64,000 nt of DNA from Takakia lepidozioides (taxonomy: Eukaryota > Plantae > Bryophyta). Positions 24,000 through 36,951 of the stretch are shown one piece after another. Position 1 is the stretch's first letter; every line of letters starts with the position of its first letter. A program made the position numbers and the translations under genes. The stretch is taken from the NCBI GenBank assembly GCA_030704615.1, contig CM060732.1, forward strand, positions 868,001-932,000. Reading direction: 5' to 3'. Below the pieces are notes generated by a model. That model made no database searches. It was not told the origin of the DNA and was given only the letters and a program-made list of their open reading frames with translations.

Positions 24000-26332
24000 A
24001 CTTGACGCTGTTCCGGGCCATTTCTCAACATTGACTTCGCCCAATGTTCGAAATCAAATCAACGTCCTTAGGACTGGGGCAGGCAATATAGGCTACCTGG
24101 ATAACATCCTCGAATTGAAGCGATGAAGCCGATACGACTTCATCCATGATAGTGTTTTCCCGGGGCATGGGTGTAGGAAAGTGTACTTATTCAAGATCAG
24201 TTGGGGAGGGTTCGGGAGTTAGCCTGGTGCGTAGAATGTAGGCCGGTGGTGATCACACACACAAATCTTGGATTATGTTTGATCACGTGAAACGGGTGAA
24301 GGATTGGACGACCATGGCCTGTCATGTGTTGGATCCTACATACCAGAGAGTTATGACTATTGTTGTTTGTGACATGCAGTCGGAGGACACAGAGTCCCAA
24401 ATTCTTATGTGGAAGTCCCTTGTTAACGTGATGGGAGCGAATGATGTGCTAGAACCAAACTTCATTGGGTTCATGGCTGACAGCGTACAAGCAAATTGGA
24501 ATGTTGTCCGGACTATTTTTGGCTCTGATGAACCCAAAATACCAATGCAAGGCCGGGAACGCACTTGCCTCTTTCATTGGACCCAGTCCCTTTGACGACA
24601 CACAAAGAGTTCCATAAAACTGGAGTTGCAGGAGGAGCATCTGAGACTATGCCATCTGTTTAAAGATGCCACAACCAAGCGGGAAACAAACTCCATGTTC
24701 CAGACTATTCGAGCATGGTGGTACTCTTCTGAGGCAGCGAGTCTGGATGGAATCAAAGAGCTGGAAGACTGGTTGGGCTTTTGGCACTTCAGATACAGAC
24801 AGTGGGGTGCTTTCATGACAACTGTAAGTTAATAACATACTACCATGATTCTTCTTTCTTCGTTGTTATAAGGGGATATGTTCATGACCGAACATGCCGT
24901 CCAGTCCACTTCAATGCTACTCCACATAATCATGGCTTGTGTTTAATTTCATGCAAAATATTTCACTAGAGGACATTGCGGGTATATGCCCTCCTGCAAT
25001 CTGCCGGAGACTGTGCATAGTATGTGGATGGCGCAATCCGGTAAGGACGCTCAGAACCTTTATGTTGCAACATCAGATGACATGGTCCGCGCGCTTTCGC
25101 AACAAATAAAGTACCGAGACTTCCTGAGGGGACGGGGTGCTGGTAAAGGGCCAGATAGGGCAGAGTTGCTGCTCAGGGCTGCAAATAGATCCAAGCATCC
25201 AACAAAAATGGCTTGGGCTGTAACTGGAACTCCTTTGCAGTCGAGGCTCTCACATCTGGAAGGTGAGGAGAGATCCGGTTCATGCAAGCGCAAACTGGAC
25301 ACCCCTCCAGGATCCGTTGGTGACTCCCATCGGCATGATAAAGATAATTTATCCACACCTCGTGTGCCTGTGCCACCAAATTTCGAATCTGGCACTCCCC
25401 CTGTAGGTGCATGTTATGCTACAGATTTCAATGCAAGATATCCCACTGCTCCAGTGCGGGGAGAAGGACGGACGATCGAAGAGTCCGATTGTGGTGATGC
25501 AAGGTGGCATATTGGACGGACTCCCCAAGGATCAAAAGTTGGGTATTCTGCTATCAGGGCCATGTCCTTTGTGAAGTGCACCAGTAAGATTTGTAGAGGC
25601 ACTGGCGGGACTCCTGCCCCGACTTTCACTGCTTTGTTCAAACATTACACTGCGCGGGAGTCTAGGCCTCACAAGTTCTGGTTCTGCCCTGATGACATTG
25701 AGCATTGTGTGATGGGGACTTGTTGGGATTCAGTCATCAGTAAGCCTCAAATTTCTGTCGTGTGGCCAGTGAAGGTGGGAACAACTCTCTCCAAACAAGA
25801 AATTGACATGCTAGAAGATGCTGGGTTTCGACTTCCAAGAGACCCAACTGTCGTAACACCAATTCCATCGCGGGGTTCACCATCCGCATTCCCTGCACGT
25901 CCACCACATGGGAACAACTGGCCTACGAAAAGAAATGGAAAACAGGTCCATCGTGTTTAGGCAGGTGCAGATCATCAGTGAAAATTGAGTATGCTAGAAC
26001 CCTGCAGTGTCGGGTGAGCCAAATTGTGAATGTCCCCCCCTCCAGGCTATGGGCCTCCGTACAGTATGGTGACATCGGGATCTGTTGTACATGACATGAC
26101 TTATGAGATTACTGTTGGGAATTTTCTAAATTGCACATGCCCGGACTTCGAGAACACGCTATCAAGCTCCCTTGGAAAGAGAGGCAAATTTGTCCCGTGC
26201 AAACATCTTTACTACATCTACATTCAGAGAATGTTTTGTGATCCTCAACGAGACACGTGCATTCACCAATGTACAATGGGTCCCAGTGACGTTCAGACAC
26301 TTCTGCAGCGAGACATGATAGGTGAAATCTGA
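24000..26332 (+). pseudogene. MULE-type transposase with C-terminal SWIM zinc finger (degenerate, intron-containing)
   Basis: FDHVKRVKDWTTMACHV, GFMADSVQANW, CLFHW (MULE DDE-type core). NCTCPDF...CKHLYY (SWIM). In-frame stops at 24593 and 25958. Intron from about 24824 with a probably mutated acceptor. Confidence 0.8.
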
Positions 26333-26334
26333 GG

Positions 26335-27170
26335 TATTCTGAAGGAGTTCAATCTTTGTCAATGACTCCACTTTGATGAATGAGTTCAATATTTCGTAAT
26401 GGCTCCACTTTCGTGAATGCACCAATCTTTTTTAATTGATCCACTGTCTTCAATGAGACCAATCATTCTTAATGGATCCACTTTCTTGAATGACATCAAT
26501 TTTGTCAATGGCTCCACTATCTTTGAATGAGTTCAAATGGCTCCTCTTTCTTCAATGACTTAAAATCTTTGTTCATGTCTCCACTTCCGTCTACCATTGT
26601 TAAGACAGACTGAGTGTGTGTGTGCTTGGTCATCCTTTTCATTCTCCTCTGTCCTCTCGGGTTGGTCGTGGCATCCTAGCTTGAAACTCATAGTGCCACG
26701 TCCACGCCAGCTTAATGCCCGTTTCCCAGCAAACACATGGCTGTTTGCAATTGCATTTTTTGGGTTTTTGTTTTAATTTGTTCTGTTGGGTTGAATTATC
26801 ATGTGCCAACACAGGCTGAGAATTAAGATGGCGTTGACGACACCTTAATCCCCAGCCCCTGCACACACACCAGCCCATGAGCGTTTCGAGTCCACCCCGT
26901 GGGCAGTCACCTCCCAGCTCACTCGATCAGTCCGCTAAGGGTTTTTTCCTTGTGTTGGAATGTCATGTGCCCCTGCTTGGAATTAAGCTGGCGTTGATAC
27001 CACCTTAATGCCCGTTTCCCTGCACATAAATGCTTATCGGTAAGGTTTTTTCCTCGGTAATTATTTATTTATTTCATGGGTTGAATTGTCATGTGCTGAC
27101 ATGGGCTGCGAATTAAGCTGGCGTTGACGACAGCTTAATGCCTGTTTCTCTGCGCACATGTTGATCGGTA
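26335..27170. repeat. Approx. 33-bp minisatellite (26335-26590) followed by 3-4 copies of GAATTAAGCTGGCGTTGACGACACCTTAATGCC
   Basis: Read directly; lies downstream of the SWIM ORF and is probably subterminal. Confidence 0.6.
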
Positions 27171-28023
27171 AGGATAAATGTTGTTGCAGTCATCCATGGT
27201 TCATTCATTAGCTTAATTTTTCATCCCACACTCATCCAACATTCATCCCTTCTTTTTTTCATTCACAATTCATTCATCCGGAGCTTTTCATCGCATTTTC
27301 GTACACCACATTGTCGTCATGGAGCACGGATTCTTCGGTCCGATGGAGAGGAGTTTGCGTCCACGGCAATAGGCCCTCTATTTCCCTCGGTTGTAGGCTC
27401 CGCTTCACTAATCTGCTCACACTTACAATCTGTTCATGCTTAAGGGATTCTGCTCACGTTTACCACGCAAAGCGTGAGCGTGCTCACGTGAGCTGCTCAC
27501 ACGGTAGCTTCCCTAAAAAACTTTCACCTGTTTGAGGGGTGTTTCATGGACTTCTCCTAGTCCGAGGTGTGATGGGAAGAGATGAATCGATGGTTGTAAC
27601 TGAGGTAAACGGCTTCACCCTGCAGATGCCACAATCGTTCCGCTACCTTGAGCCAAAAGATACTCGAGTGACAATTCCAACCACCTTCTCCTTCACCACT
27701 AGAGAATGCAAAGGGTAGAGCTCGGCTAGGTTATGACGTGGCAGAGCCCAATCTTCTCCTGATCAAATGATGCACCAGGATACACCACTACATCCTTAGT
27801 AACGAACTTGAATGCTTCGGGATACCAGCACTTGATGGCTTGCTCCCAAGATCATCAGCATGCAGTTCTTTGTCCCAGGCATGACGAGTATTGGTCAATG
27901 CAACTGCTGTACCACCTCTGATGAACTCCCACAAACGATAGCCACTTATAATGAGCTTGGGATACAGGAAGCTCTCAAGGTCAGAGGTCCGATCCCTGGT
28001 CACAACGAACTTAGGCACTCCCA

Positions 28024-28857
28024 CACTACAACAGATCGCGGTATTTATGACTGTATATATGACTATTCTGCAGTCATAAACTGTACATATGACTTCTATG
28101 ACTATAAGTCATGCAAACCAAGTGAATACAATGAGTACATGATGGTACGGTCCGGATGACTACAGTAAGATAAACCAAGTGATATCTCTCACTGCAGTCA
28201 TATATACCATATTGCAGTCGCCGCTGCCGCGCCACGTGGCGAGGCGCAATTGATTTTTTCAAAAAAATAAAAAAATAAAAAAAATGTCAAATGCCGCGTC
28301 GTACTGCGTTGTGCCACATGGCATAATACATTTTATAATAATGACAAAAAACCACGTGACAGCTCATCTAAGGTACCACGTGCTATCCCTAGCTCGCTTA
28401 CTAAGCCTAGGACCATCTTATCCATTTGATTGTACTTAGAGGAGTTTGAACCTCCAACCTCTATACTATAAGAGTTATAGTTCACTACCTGCTAATCAAT
28501 ACACCCATTAGTCATTTATGTGATCATATGGTGTTTTAATTGTATTATACACACCAAATTACAAAATCCCTAGTAGTCATCATGACTATGTAACCTCATC
28601 CATGTACATTGTAGTCATGAAAATGACTATTAGTGGTGAGCTAAATCTGGTCAATTGTCGTTGACCAGCCTTCCGCCCATTCCAGAGCCATGTAGTCATA
28701 CAGACGACTACTTAGATAGTCGTTTATATGACTACAGTCGTATGAACGACTGCGGGAGGTCAATTTCATATAAAAACATGGTGCAGTCATGGTCAAAGTC
28801 AAGAAAACCATGACTACCACGGTTTGGCTGTCATAATTACCGCGATCTGTTGTAGTG
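28024..28857. mobile_element. Non-autonomous CACTA (En/Spm) element
   Basis: TIRs CACTACAACAGATCGCGGTA...TACCGCGATCTGTTGTAGTG, 3-bp TSD CCA (28021-28023 and 28858-28860), and internal ATGACT/AGTCAT subterminal motifs. Confidence 0.95.
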
Positions 28858-29470
28858 CCAATTTGGGCTAGATAAGCAGCTGGCCTTCACTAACTCGTCT
28901 TTGAATCTCAGTTCTGGGCAATCGTTTCGCAATTTCTTTTGTATGGAGTTTTTGCAGTAGTCTCCCCGCAAAAGCGCCCTGTGTGGGCAACAACTACTTT
29001 TCTTCGTTGCTCACGAGCCTCCCGCTCAATGCTCACAGGCTTGCGAGCCTCTTCAATGGCAGTTTGCTCAAATTTTGCACACCATTACTCAGAAGGCACA
29101 TCCAGGGGAATTTTGTCATCAGGTCCCTCACCGGCGGCTCGCCTTCATAAGTCTTGACCAGCTCGGGCGGCGTGAGATCACAAAGAACACTTAGAAATAC
29201 CACCTCAAAAGAATCGTTAGCAATCTCGAAGGAAAAGGATTCACTCGAACTGGCGGCCATTGCATTTGCTCTCTGCACAACAAAACACAACACTTTCTGC
29301 AAAGCAAAACACATCACACACAAGAGCTCCAAGGTGATGATTGAACAGGGTGGATAGGACGGTGAGCGCCGCCATTGTTATAAGATCTCCTGAATCAACT
29401 TTCCGATCCGACGCAGCCCTTTCACCAACGTTGGCAGGCACGCTAGTTTAGCGTGCCCCCCATCTCCACC

Positions 29471-30073
29471 AAATCCCTCTACTCGAGGGATATGCTCTTC
29501 TCCTCAGAGAGGTTTGGGCGCAGAAATGGGGAAATAGCTGGTAGAACACGCCAAGCTAGAGAGGAGGGATCTCACACGAGATGAAACTAGCAAGCGGACC
29601 AATCAAAACACATGCATGGGCATCATGAGCTTCACATCCAAACACACTGCTCATCCAAGTACACTGTGATGATCACACAAAACATCATGCGTTTGGCCTA
29701 AGCCATCCTACCTTTATATTAAAGAAATGGGTAATCTAGAATGGCAGGTGGTGACTTCTTATTGGCTGCATGGATTACTTTAAGCCTTACACACACATCA
29801 GCAGGCACATGTCGGATTACGTTATTGTTAGAATGAGACAAAGGCTTTGGCCAGAATTAGGTACACTTTAATGGTAGTACCAACTCCCCGCTTTTCATCC
29901 ATCAAATGAACGGAAGAGCATCTATAGCAGGCAAAATCCTTCATCTTACATATGTAAGACCCGCCCACGCAAGGAGGATTGAGCTCCAACGAGCTTCGGC
30001 AAAATTACCAAAGCAAGGCTCCCCGAGCCAAATTCAAATTCAAATAAATCTAGACTAGGCATCCGATAGGAGA
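29471..30073. repeat. Second copy of the 2399-3000 repeat, inverted
   Basis: Reverse-complement match, read directly. Confidence 0.85.
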
Positions 30074-31325
30074 GCATCTGCATCCTCTTGTAAGTAAGTG
30101 CACAGTAACATTTCATGGTGCCTTGTCCAAATTTTTTGGCATTATGACAAATTTTCAGCCCTAGATGTTATCTTGAAGATTGCCCATTTGGCTGCCACGT
30201 AGGCAGGTCAATGGTGCTCTAACGCTGGATTTCCTGAAACCCTAGTTGCAAAATTCTAGGGAGCAGAGCTTTTATGATTTTTTGGCGCTGTCCACATGTG
30301 CTCCTCTTTGACATCTACAATTCATCTTCAAGGTTCACTTCCATCCACTATCATCCATGGGAACGGGAGCGTGGCACGTAATCTGACGCGACCTGAAGAC
30401 CGGATTCAGGTCGCGGCGTCCTTTAGGGGTTAAATATCTGTATGTGTTACATTTTCTTACTCCCTAGGCACATATAGGTGGAGGGTAGACCATATATATC
30501 TACAGAAGTTATCTCAGATCAAGTCTACCTTCACCGAGCTTACCTACATCATGACTTCCAACAATATCCAGGAGCCGCAAGATCGTAAATAAATTAACGG
30601 GGTTGAGGAAGGGATCACACAAGGCTTCATTGGTCTGGGAAACGGCACCCAAAATCGTTCCAAGAGGCGAAGGAGTCTCTTTGTGGACAAGTTTGCTGGT
30701 AGCTTCCGGGACATTGATGAGGTGATGAAGTTGGACAGAGCTGGTAGTGCCGTATTGTCCTCTGTTCAGGGCTATCTCGACCCTCCAAAGTTACATGTTA
30801 ACCATTCTCCCAGATATGTCTAGGCTTCCAATGACTCTGTAGCTGAGGGTCCTGGCCACCCAGTTATCATTTTATCATTGTAGAATGTTGGAAGTACTAC
30901 TGCACCAGTACTACGTTTTTCCTCAGGAACTGGATTCCACTCTGATATCCGCCTTCATTTTAGTTCTCTAGGTCTAGCTTTTTCTCGAGCATGTGCAATC
31001 GGTTATCACCAAAACTTGCCTCCTTGGGGGTTTCACAAGGTGATCAAGGTCCAAGCCTGAGTAATACAGAGTTCCTTTGACCACCACCGATCAGCTTCAA
31101 TACATGACTCTTGGGGTTCACCACTGCCATGGCAAGCCAAGTTCATTCGTCCTCAAGGTTTGCCTTTTACTTCTTTGCCCTCTCTCCTTCAACCATCACT
31201 CACTTGAATCTCTTGAAGCTGCCCAAATAAAGGCAGGTCCTACTGTACCCCTACTTTGCTGGACAGGAGTTCATACTTGACTGTTTTTACTCGGTGTCAA
31301 GATTAGTTCCAACAAAGATGATAAG

Positions 31326-34300
31326 CTATTTAGGCATGAGCTCAACTGAGCTGTCCAAGCTCAATTTTTGCACTCTTCGAACAAGAGATGGAATTTCAGA
31401 GGTCCTGCCAAGGGTATGGAGCAGCATAATCAGCAACTCCAATGTAAGCTCGATCTCAGGGCTGTCTGGCCCCAGCTCCCTTTCTTGAATGGCTAAGACC
31501 CGCCACATTAACATCACTGCCTCATCATTTCTTCCCAGTGAATGCAAGATGGAAGCAAGGCAATTGCATGCTTCTCCTGAAAATCCACCCACTGTTAATA
31601 AGAAAACAGCTCTATTTAACCACTAAAGATAAGACTACCAGTAAAACTCTTGCCTGGAATCCACAAGAACCAATTATTTGAGCTACTCCCACTTTTACCG
31701 GAACTTCACTCATGTTACACCTATTTCAGGACTAATCAAGGAATTGGACCATTCCTGCCCTTTGAGATATCCAATTCTTGCACATCTTTCACATCAGCAA
31801 TTCCTCCAAGATGTGCATAGATATGGAACACACAGAGAGGGAGGGAGCTCACCAACAATAGCACTATGGCAGCCATATGTCGTTTCTCGAAGATGCAGAG
31901 CTTGACGTGCGAGTGGCTCTGCCTCGTCTGACCGGCCTAGATGGTGCAATGCAGTAGCCAGACATTCAAGCGGGATAGAAACCTGTGGAGCATTGGGGCC
32001 CAAATTGGCTGTCACCAGTTTTAAGCTGCGCCGTAGCAACGGTTCACATTTGTCATACTTCTCTGAAGCAGCATATGACGATGCTAAGTTCTGCAGGTGC
32101 ACCACCAATTGGATGTGGTTGGAGCCCACAGCTTTTTCCTTCTTTAGCAAATTCTGCTCCCATAGCTCCTGAGCTTCATCATTCCTGTTCCACAATGGAA
32201 TAGTTTGCTTCATATTCTATCACTCTGGCACACAAACTCTCCATAACTCTCGTAGCACATGCTCCTGCTCCTGCTCCCACAAGGCCATAGTTTATTTTTA
32301 TTTCTAACTTGTACAAACCCTCTTCATACAGAAACATTCCATTCCAAGCTCTTTGCTGAACACAACTACGCCCAGCTCACACTACGCTCACACTGGCCAA
32401 TGAACTGACCTTTCCAGCAGATTGAGGAGCTCAGCTAGATCAGTGCGCAGTGTCTCCATGGTTGGGTCATCATCAGAGAATTTACTGCATCCTTCCATTA
32501 TTTGGAGCCCCTTATTGTACAAAAACACAGCCTCATCCACCTCACCTGCAGTTTATACCAACAAAGATTGGAGCTTTTATTTCCTTCAACTTTAAACAGT
32601 GCATGCATCAAGAAAACCAGCCTAGAGCCGAGAGAAACTTTTGCAACTACTTAAGCAACAAAGGGGCACAAGTAGGTCTTCAATTTGAGAGCACTACAGC
32701 TATGGTAGACCTCAAGAAAGAGCAGCCCAGCAAATAGAACTAGAGGCAAACTTTCACTGAGAAGGTCACCTCTGGCCACTTTCGTTCGGGCAAGTGCACA
32801 CGTGGCCACGCCAACCCTCCCATCATGTGGTCCCCACATCCTCTCTACCAGCCTCAATGCTCTGTTTCAGTTCAAGATCGTGTTATTTTAGTGGTATAGA
32901 CTTCATATTTAAGAATAGCTGCTCCAGGATACATTTCTCAAGTAGAATCCCATCTCACAAAGCAGGCACGCTCACCTTCAGTGTGCCCGGGAGGTTGAAT
33001 ACAGAACCCACTCCGAAGAACTGAACAAACCAGTTTGGACCAGAGTGTGCCTTTGCAAAGCCTTCACAGCCATTTGTTACCTCTGGTTAATTTTCTGACA
33101 ATCATCCGCTAATTTGGCTTTCAGAATAACAACAGAGTGCCAAAGCCCTGCAGGAAACAGTAGAAACAGCCATGGTGCATTTCTGCCATGGAAGACTAAC
33201 AGGTGGCCACACAGAAAGGCACTAGCGGTATTAACTGCAAACCCGGTGCTGTGACTGTGTTAGCATAATATCTGGTACTGATTTTTATGACCTGGTCCCA
33301 GGTTACAGCAGGCCTGAAGACTGGGACTGGACAGGAGCCCTAGTAAGTGACTTTACAGGACATGCCCAGAGACTCAGGAACGAGGTATGCAAATATTCTT
33401 GTTTTAAGTTCTTCCAAGGCTTCAGAACAGGTAAAAGCTTAGTTTCTCATGAGTGAGAAAGATTGTACTCATAAGACGTTGTTTGCCGTAGCCTTGTGGC
33501 CATTGACCCCGCGCCCAGTTTGAGCGGGAACAAAAGGGACAGAACCTACCTCTGTCAGGGGCTGACGTTGGTAGTAAGACTTACCTCCATATATAGAATT
33601 AATCCGGGTTTTCCAGATATCCTCTAGAAATCCCTTCACACAAGCATCAATCTGCTGTGTGTGATTTGCCCAAAAACTAGGCCTCAGGAGGGCCTGGGCT
33701 TTTGGCTCAGCCTCGAGACTTTCAAAGTTGGTAAACAGGCGTACAGGCACAATACCCTTAATAGATTTGAAGAGAGCGTCTCTTTGGTGAGAGAACCCCG
33801 GACAGTGTATCAGAAAATGAATACTGTCTTCAGATTGCCCACACAACGGGCAATTGCACTCTCCCTTTCCTCTCTGCTTCTGTTGGCTGTTCAAAGGTAG
33901 GCTTCCTGCCCTGAGTTTAAATTTCAGTCTAGTGCCGAGAGTGGGTAGACCCTTGAGGTCATCCAAGATGTCCTCCCCCATGTCACAGACTGGAAACAAG
34001 TTCAGGGAAGTTTTCTGCCTAACTTCATTTTCATCAGACAATCTCATGGCAACAGACATGGCTGAGGACACTACAGCCTCTAAGTCAGATTTATCCAGCA
34101 GGGTCAAGACTTGCGGATCCAGGTCCAGGTCCTTGAGGATCTCTTCTACTCTCTTCTGCCAGGACTTAGCCTGTTTGACAGGGTGGTCCTGTTTCCAAGA
34201 TATAGAGTCGATTAACTTAGGACATCTGGTGTTGGGCATATGTTGCAGCTGACCCCACCATCTGACCTTGAATTCATCTCGTCGGGAGCTTAAGGACGGA

Positions 34301-36492
34301 ATGCCAAACTCACCCCGAACAGCCACATTGGCTGTTTTGGAGCATGCTGACATACACTCCTTAAGCACCCCCACTTGAATGGATTCTAGAGACTTAGCCT
34401 GGTTGGAGTTATCAACCCATATAGCAGATCCGTACTCCAAGGCAGGTCTAATAACGCGACAAAGCATGGTTTTCTTAACCTCAGAGTTGACCCCTCTGCA
34501 GTGGAAAAATTTAGTGAGCCCCAGAGCTTTGCCCTTGCCAGTTTGAACAACTTTCCGGATATGTGCATCCCAATTACAATTGGAGGAGAACTCAACGCCC
34601 AGGTAAGTGTAGGAAGGGAGGACCGGGATCTCTTGGCTACCCCACTGCCACTTAAGATCACTTCCTCCCTCTCCTCTGTCGTTGAATGCTACCACTGCAC
34701 ATTTGCTGACATTAGCCTCTAGCCCCCAAAGATCAAAAGTGAGAAAGAAAGAAAGAGAGACAGAGGGTCAAACCTCAGCAACGAGAGCTCAGCCTCGTCG
34801 ACTCTTCCCTCTTCCAAAAGGGAGTGGCCCAAATGTGAAAGTGGCAACGCCAAAGTCTCGTCATTGGGACCTCTGGTTTTCTCTATGATAGCAAGAACCC
34901 GCTGATAAACCTCAATAGCTTTAGAAGTGTTGTCCAAGTCGCTATATGCGTTGGCTAAACCCAACAGTGGCTTCACTATCAAGGGGCTCTCTTTTCCTGT
35001 AAGACAAAGTATGTCTTATAAATAATAAGCAAGCTGCAGGAAGTAAGCTTCCAGAACATTGCCTCTTCAACTGTATTGAAAAATGGACATTACACCGATG
35101 CCACAAGAAATGACCCTAGCAAAGATTAGGAGGTGTATGACCAGAAGCACTACTATTCTTCATCAATGACAAACCTACACCAGGAAAATATCTTCAAATA
35201 CAAAAAGTTTAGATCATCTCTCAACTTCACATAACGTTAAAAAAGCCTTGTGACCCTTACCAAGTAACTCTTCTTGATTGGCAAGAGTTTTGAGATAGAA
35301 GGGCAGTGCTTCCTCCGGCTTGCCCAAGGCAGCATACATGCTTCCCATATGCTCTAATACATTGTCCACCAGTGGCTGCCCTGAGTCAAACCCCACTTTG
35401 ACCAGCACTTCATTTGTCTGCATGTAACAAGTGACCCTGATCAATTTCACACTTTCAAGATGATTTTTTCCTTCATGTGGAACTCCCATCAAGCAGCTCA
35501 TCCAGACATTCAGTTCAGTGTATGAGAATCTATCACAGTATGTGGCTCCAGTTCAGCTGGCCTGGATCAAAGGAGGACTCCGACTTTCCATAATTCAGGT
35601 GCACCAATCAAAAGAGAAATACTGGGCATAGGAAGCAATCTCCCCAGGAGGCTAGCAGAAGATGAAGAGTTTGCAAATGGTGGGATGCTGCAGCTAGCAT
35701 CCCGAGAATGATTTATATCCAACTGATTATTGGCACTCGGAGCTTTCACTTCCAGTTTCATGCATGTTCGCAAAAAAAACACAGCAGGAAAAGGGAACAG
35801 GAAACAAGAACATAAGATAGCAGAAAGGAGACATAAAAGCATGAAGCAGACACACAGACACCCAATTTCAGACGCAGTCCCATTGATGCAAAGGAACATG
35901 AGAATGTTGTAAGAGAGGAAAGATACAAATAAATGTTGGACTGGGATAAACCTGTTCAAGAAGACGCTCCACCTCCTCAAAATCCCCTAAACTCATGCGC
36001 AGCTGGGTCAATGTGTCCAGCATGGCAGCCTGTTCCATGCCTTGAATCCCCATTTCACATTGTTCCAGCAAGGCCTCATAGTTGGCCTCTATCAGATCGC
36101 GCGCAGTTTCTTCATCCCCTTCCTCTATCATCCTATTCACCTCCTCAAATAGCTCCTGTAGTTGTTCTTCCAATTCCGTCAAGCCATCTACAAGCTCCTT
36201 CATCTCACCCATTCTCAAGGGATTCCTGTGCCATTGGGACATCAACACAAGCATGAGCTCACATTTTCTCTTGCATAGAATCCATGTTACAAGTATAAGA
36301 GTCTCCAGATGGGAAAATGAGTACCCCAGCTCTTGCATGACTTGCTCTGCCATCTCATTGTCATCTAGCGCCATAGCCATTGCGAAACGATTGAACTGGT
36401 CCTCCAGCACCTGTGCTCTATCCTCGTCCTCATCATCATCCACTACATCCACCTTGCTGGTGCCCTCATTCTCCTCATCTGAATCTGTATCT
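31326..36492 (-). CDS. WTG1: TPR-repeat protein similar to Arabidopsis AT5G53080/WTG1. Exons: 36492-36325, 36225-35952, 35417-35261, 34996-34774, 32861-32770, 32545-32410, 32184-31853, 31576-31326
   Basis: All introns are GT-AG and phase-compatible. The spliced peptide includes LQELFEEV...ANYEAL...GMEQAAMLD, VLEHMGSMY, DGRVGVATCALA, LRTDLAELL and GEACNCLASI, matching my recollection of AT5G53080. Orthology versus paralogy is not established. Confidence 0.85.
33460..34736 (-). mobile_element. 5'-truncated LINE (ORF2 C-terminus with CxxC..HxxxxC finger) inside an intron of the TPR gene
   Basis: YTYLGVEF, RPALEYGSAIW, CPLCGQSEDSIHFLIHCP; closely similar to 38025-39294. Confidence 0.9.
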
Positions 36493-36951
36493 CTGCAAGT
36501 GCATAGCAATTCTGACATGCAAATGTGCAGCAGCCTTTGTGCATCAAATTCATGACTGCCTCATACGATGTAAATTGCACATAGCCAGGCTAATTACTCC
36601 ATCCCCCCCTTGGGGACACTGACACAGGCATTCAATGTTAACAAACAATTGTAACACAGAAGGTTTGACTGTGAAGCACCATACATCACGGAAGACGGCG
36701 CCCACTGCCAGTCCAAAACTGGCCCCTCATCATACTTTGAGTGTCTCCTAAAATGCTTTGTGTTTCTGCACATTGCAAGGCACTGAATCATCAGACTGAG
36801 CCAGTTGCATCAAGGTTGCACTGAGTCCTCTTTATTGTCTTTGGAAATGTAGTGGGCAATTCTGCCATGCTCTTCCCCATTCCCCTACCCCTCTCCTGGC
36901 CACAAGCAATACATAATCTCTCTCTCTCTCTCTCTCTCTGTTTCTCTCTCT

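Noticed and set aside
27330-29470. Possible gag-like relic on the minus strand around the CACTA insertion
   Set aside because: No diagnostic motif recognisable.
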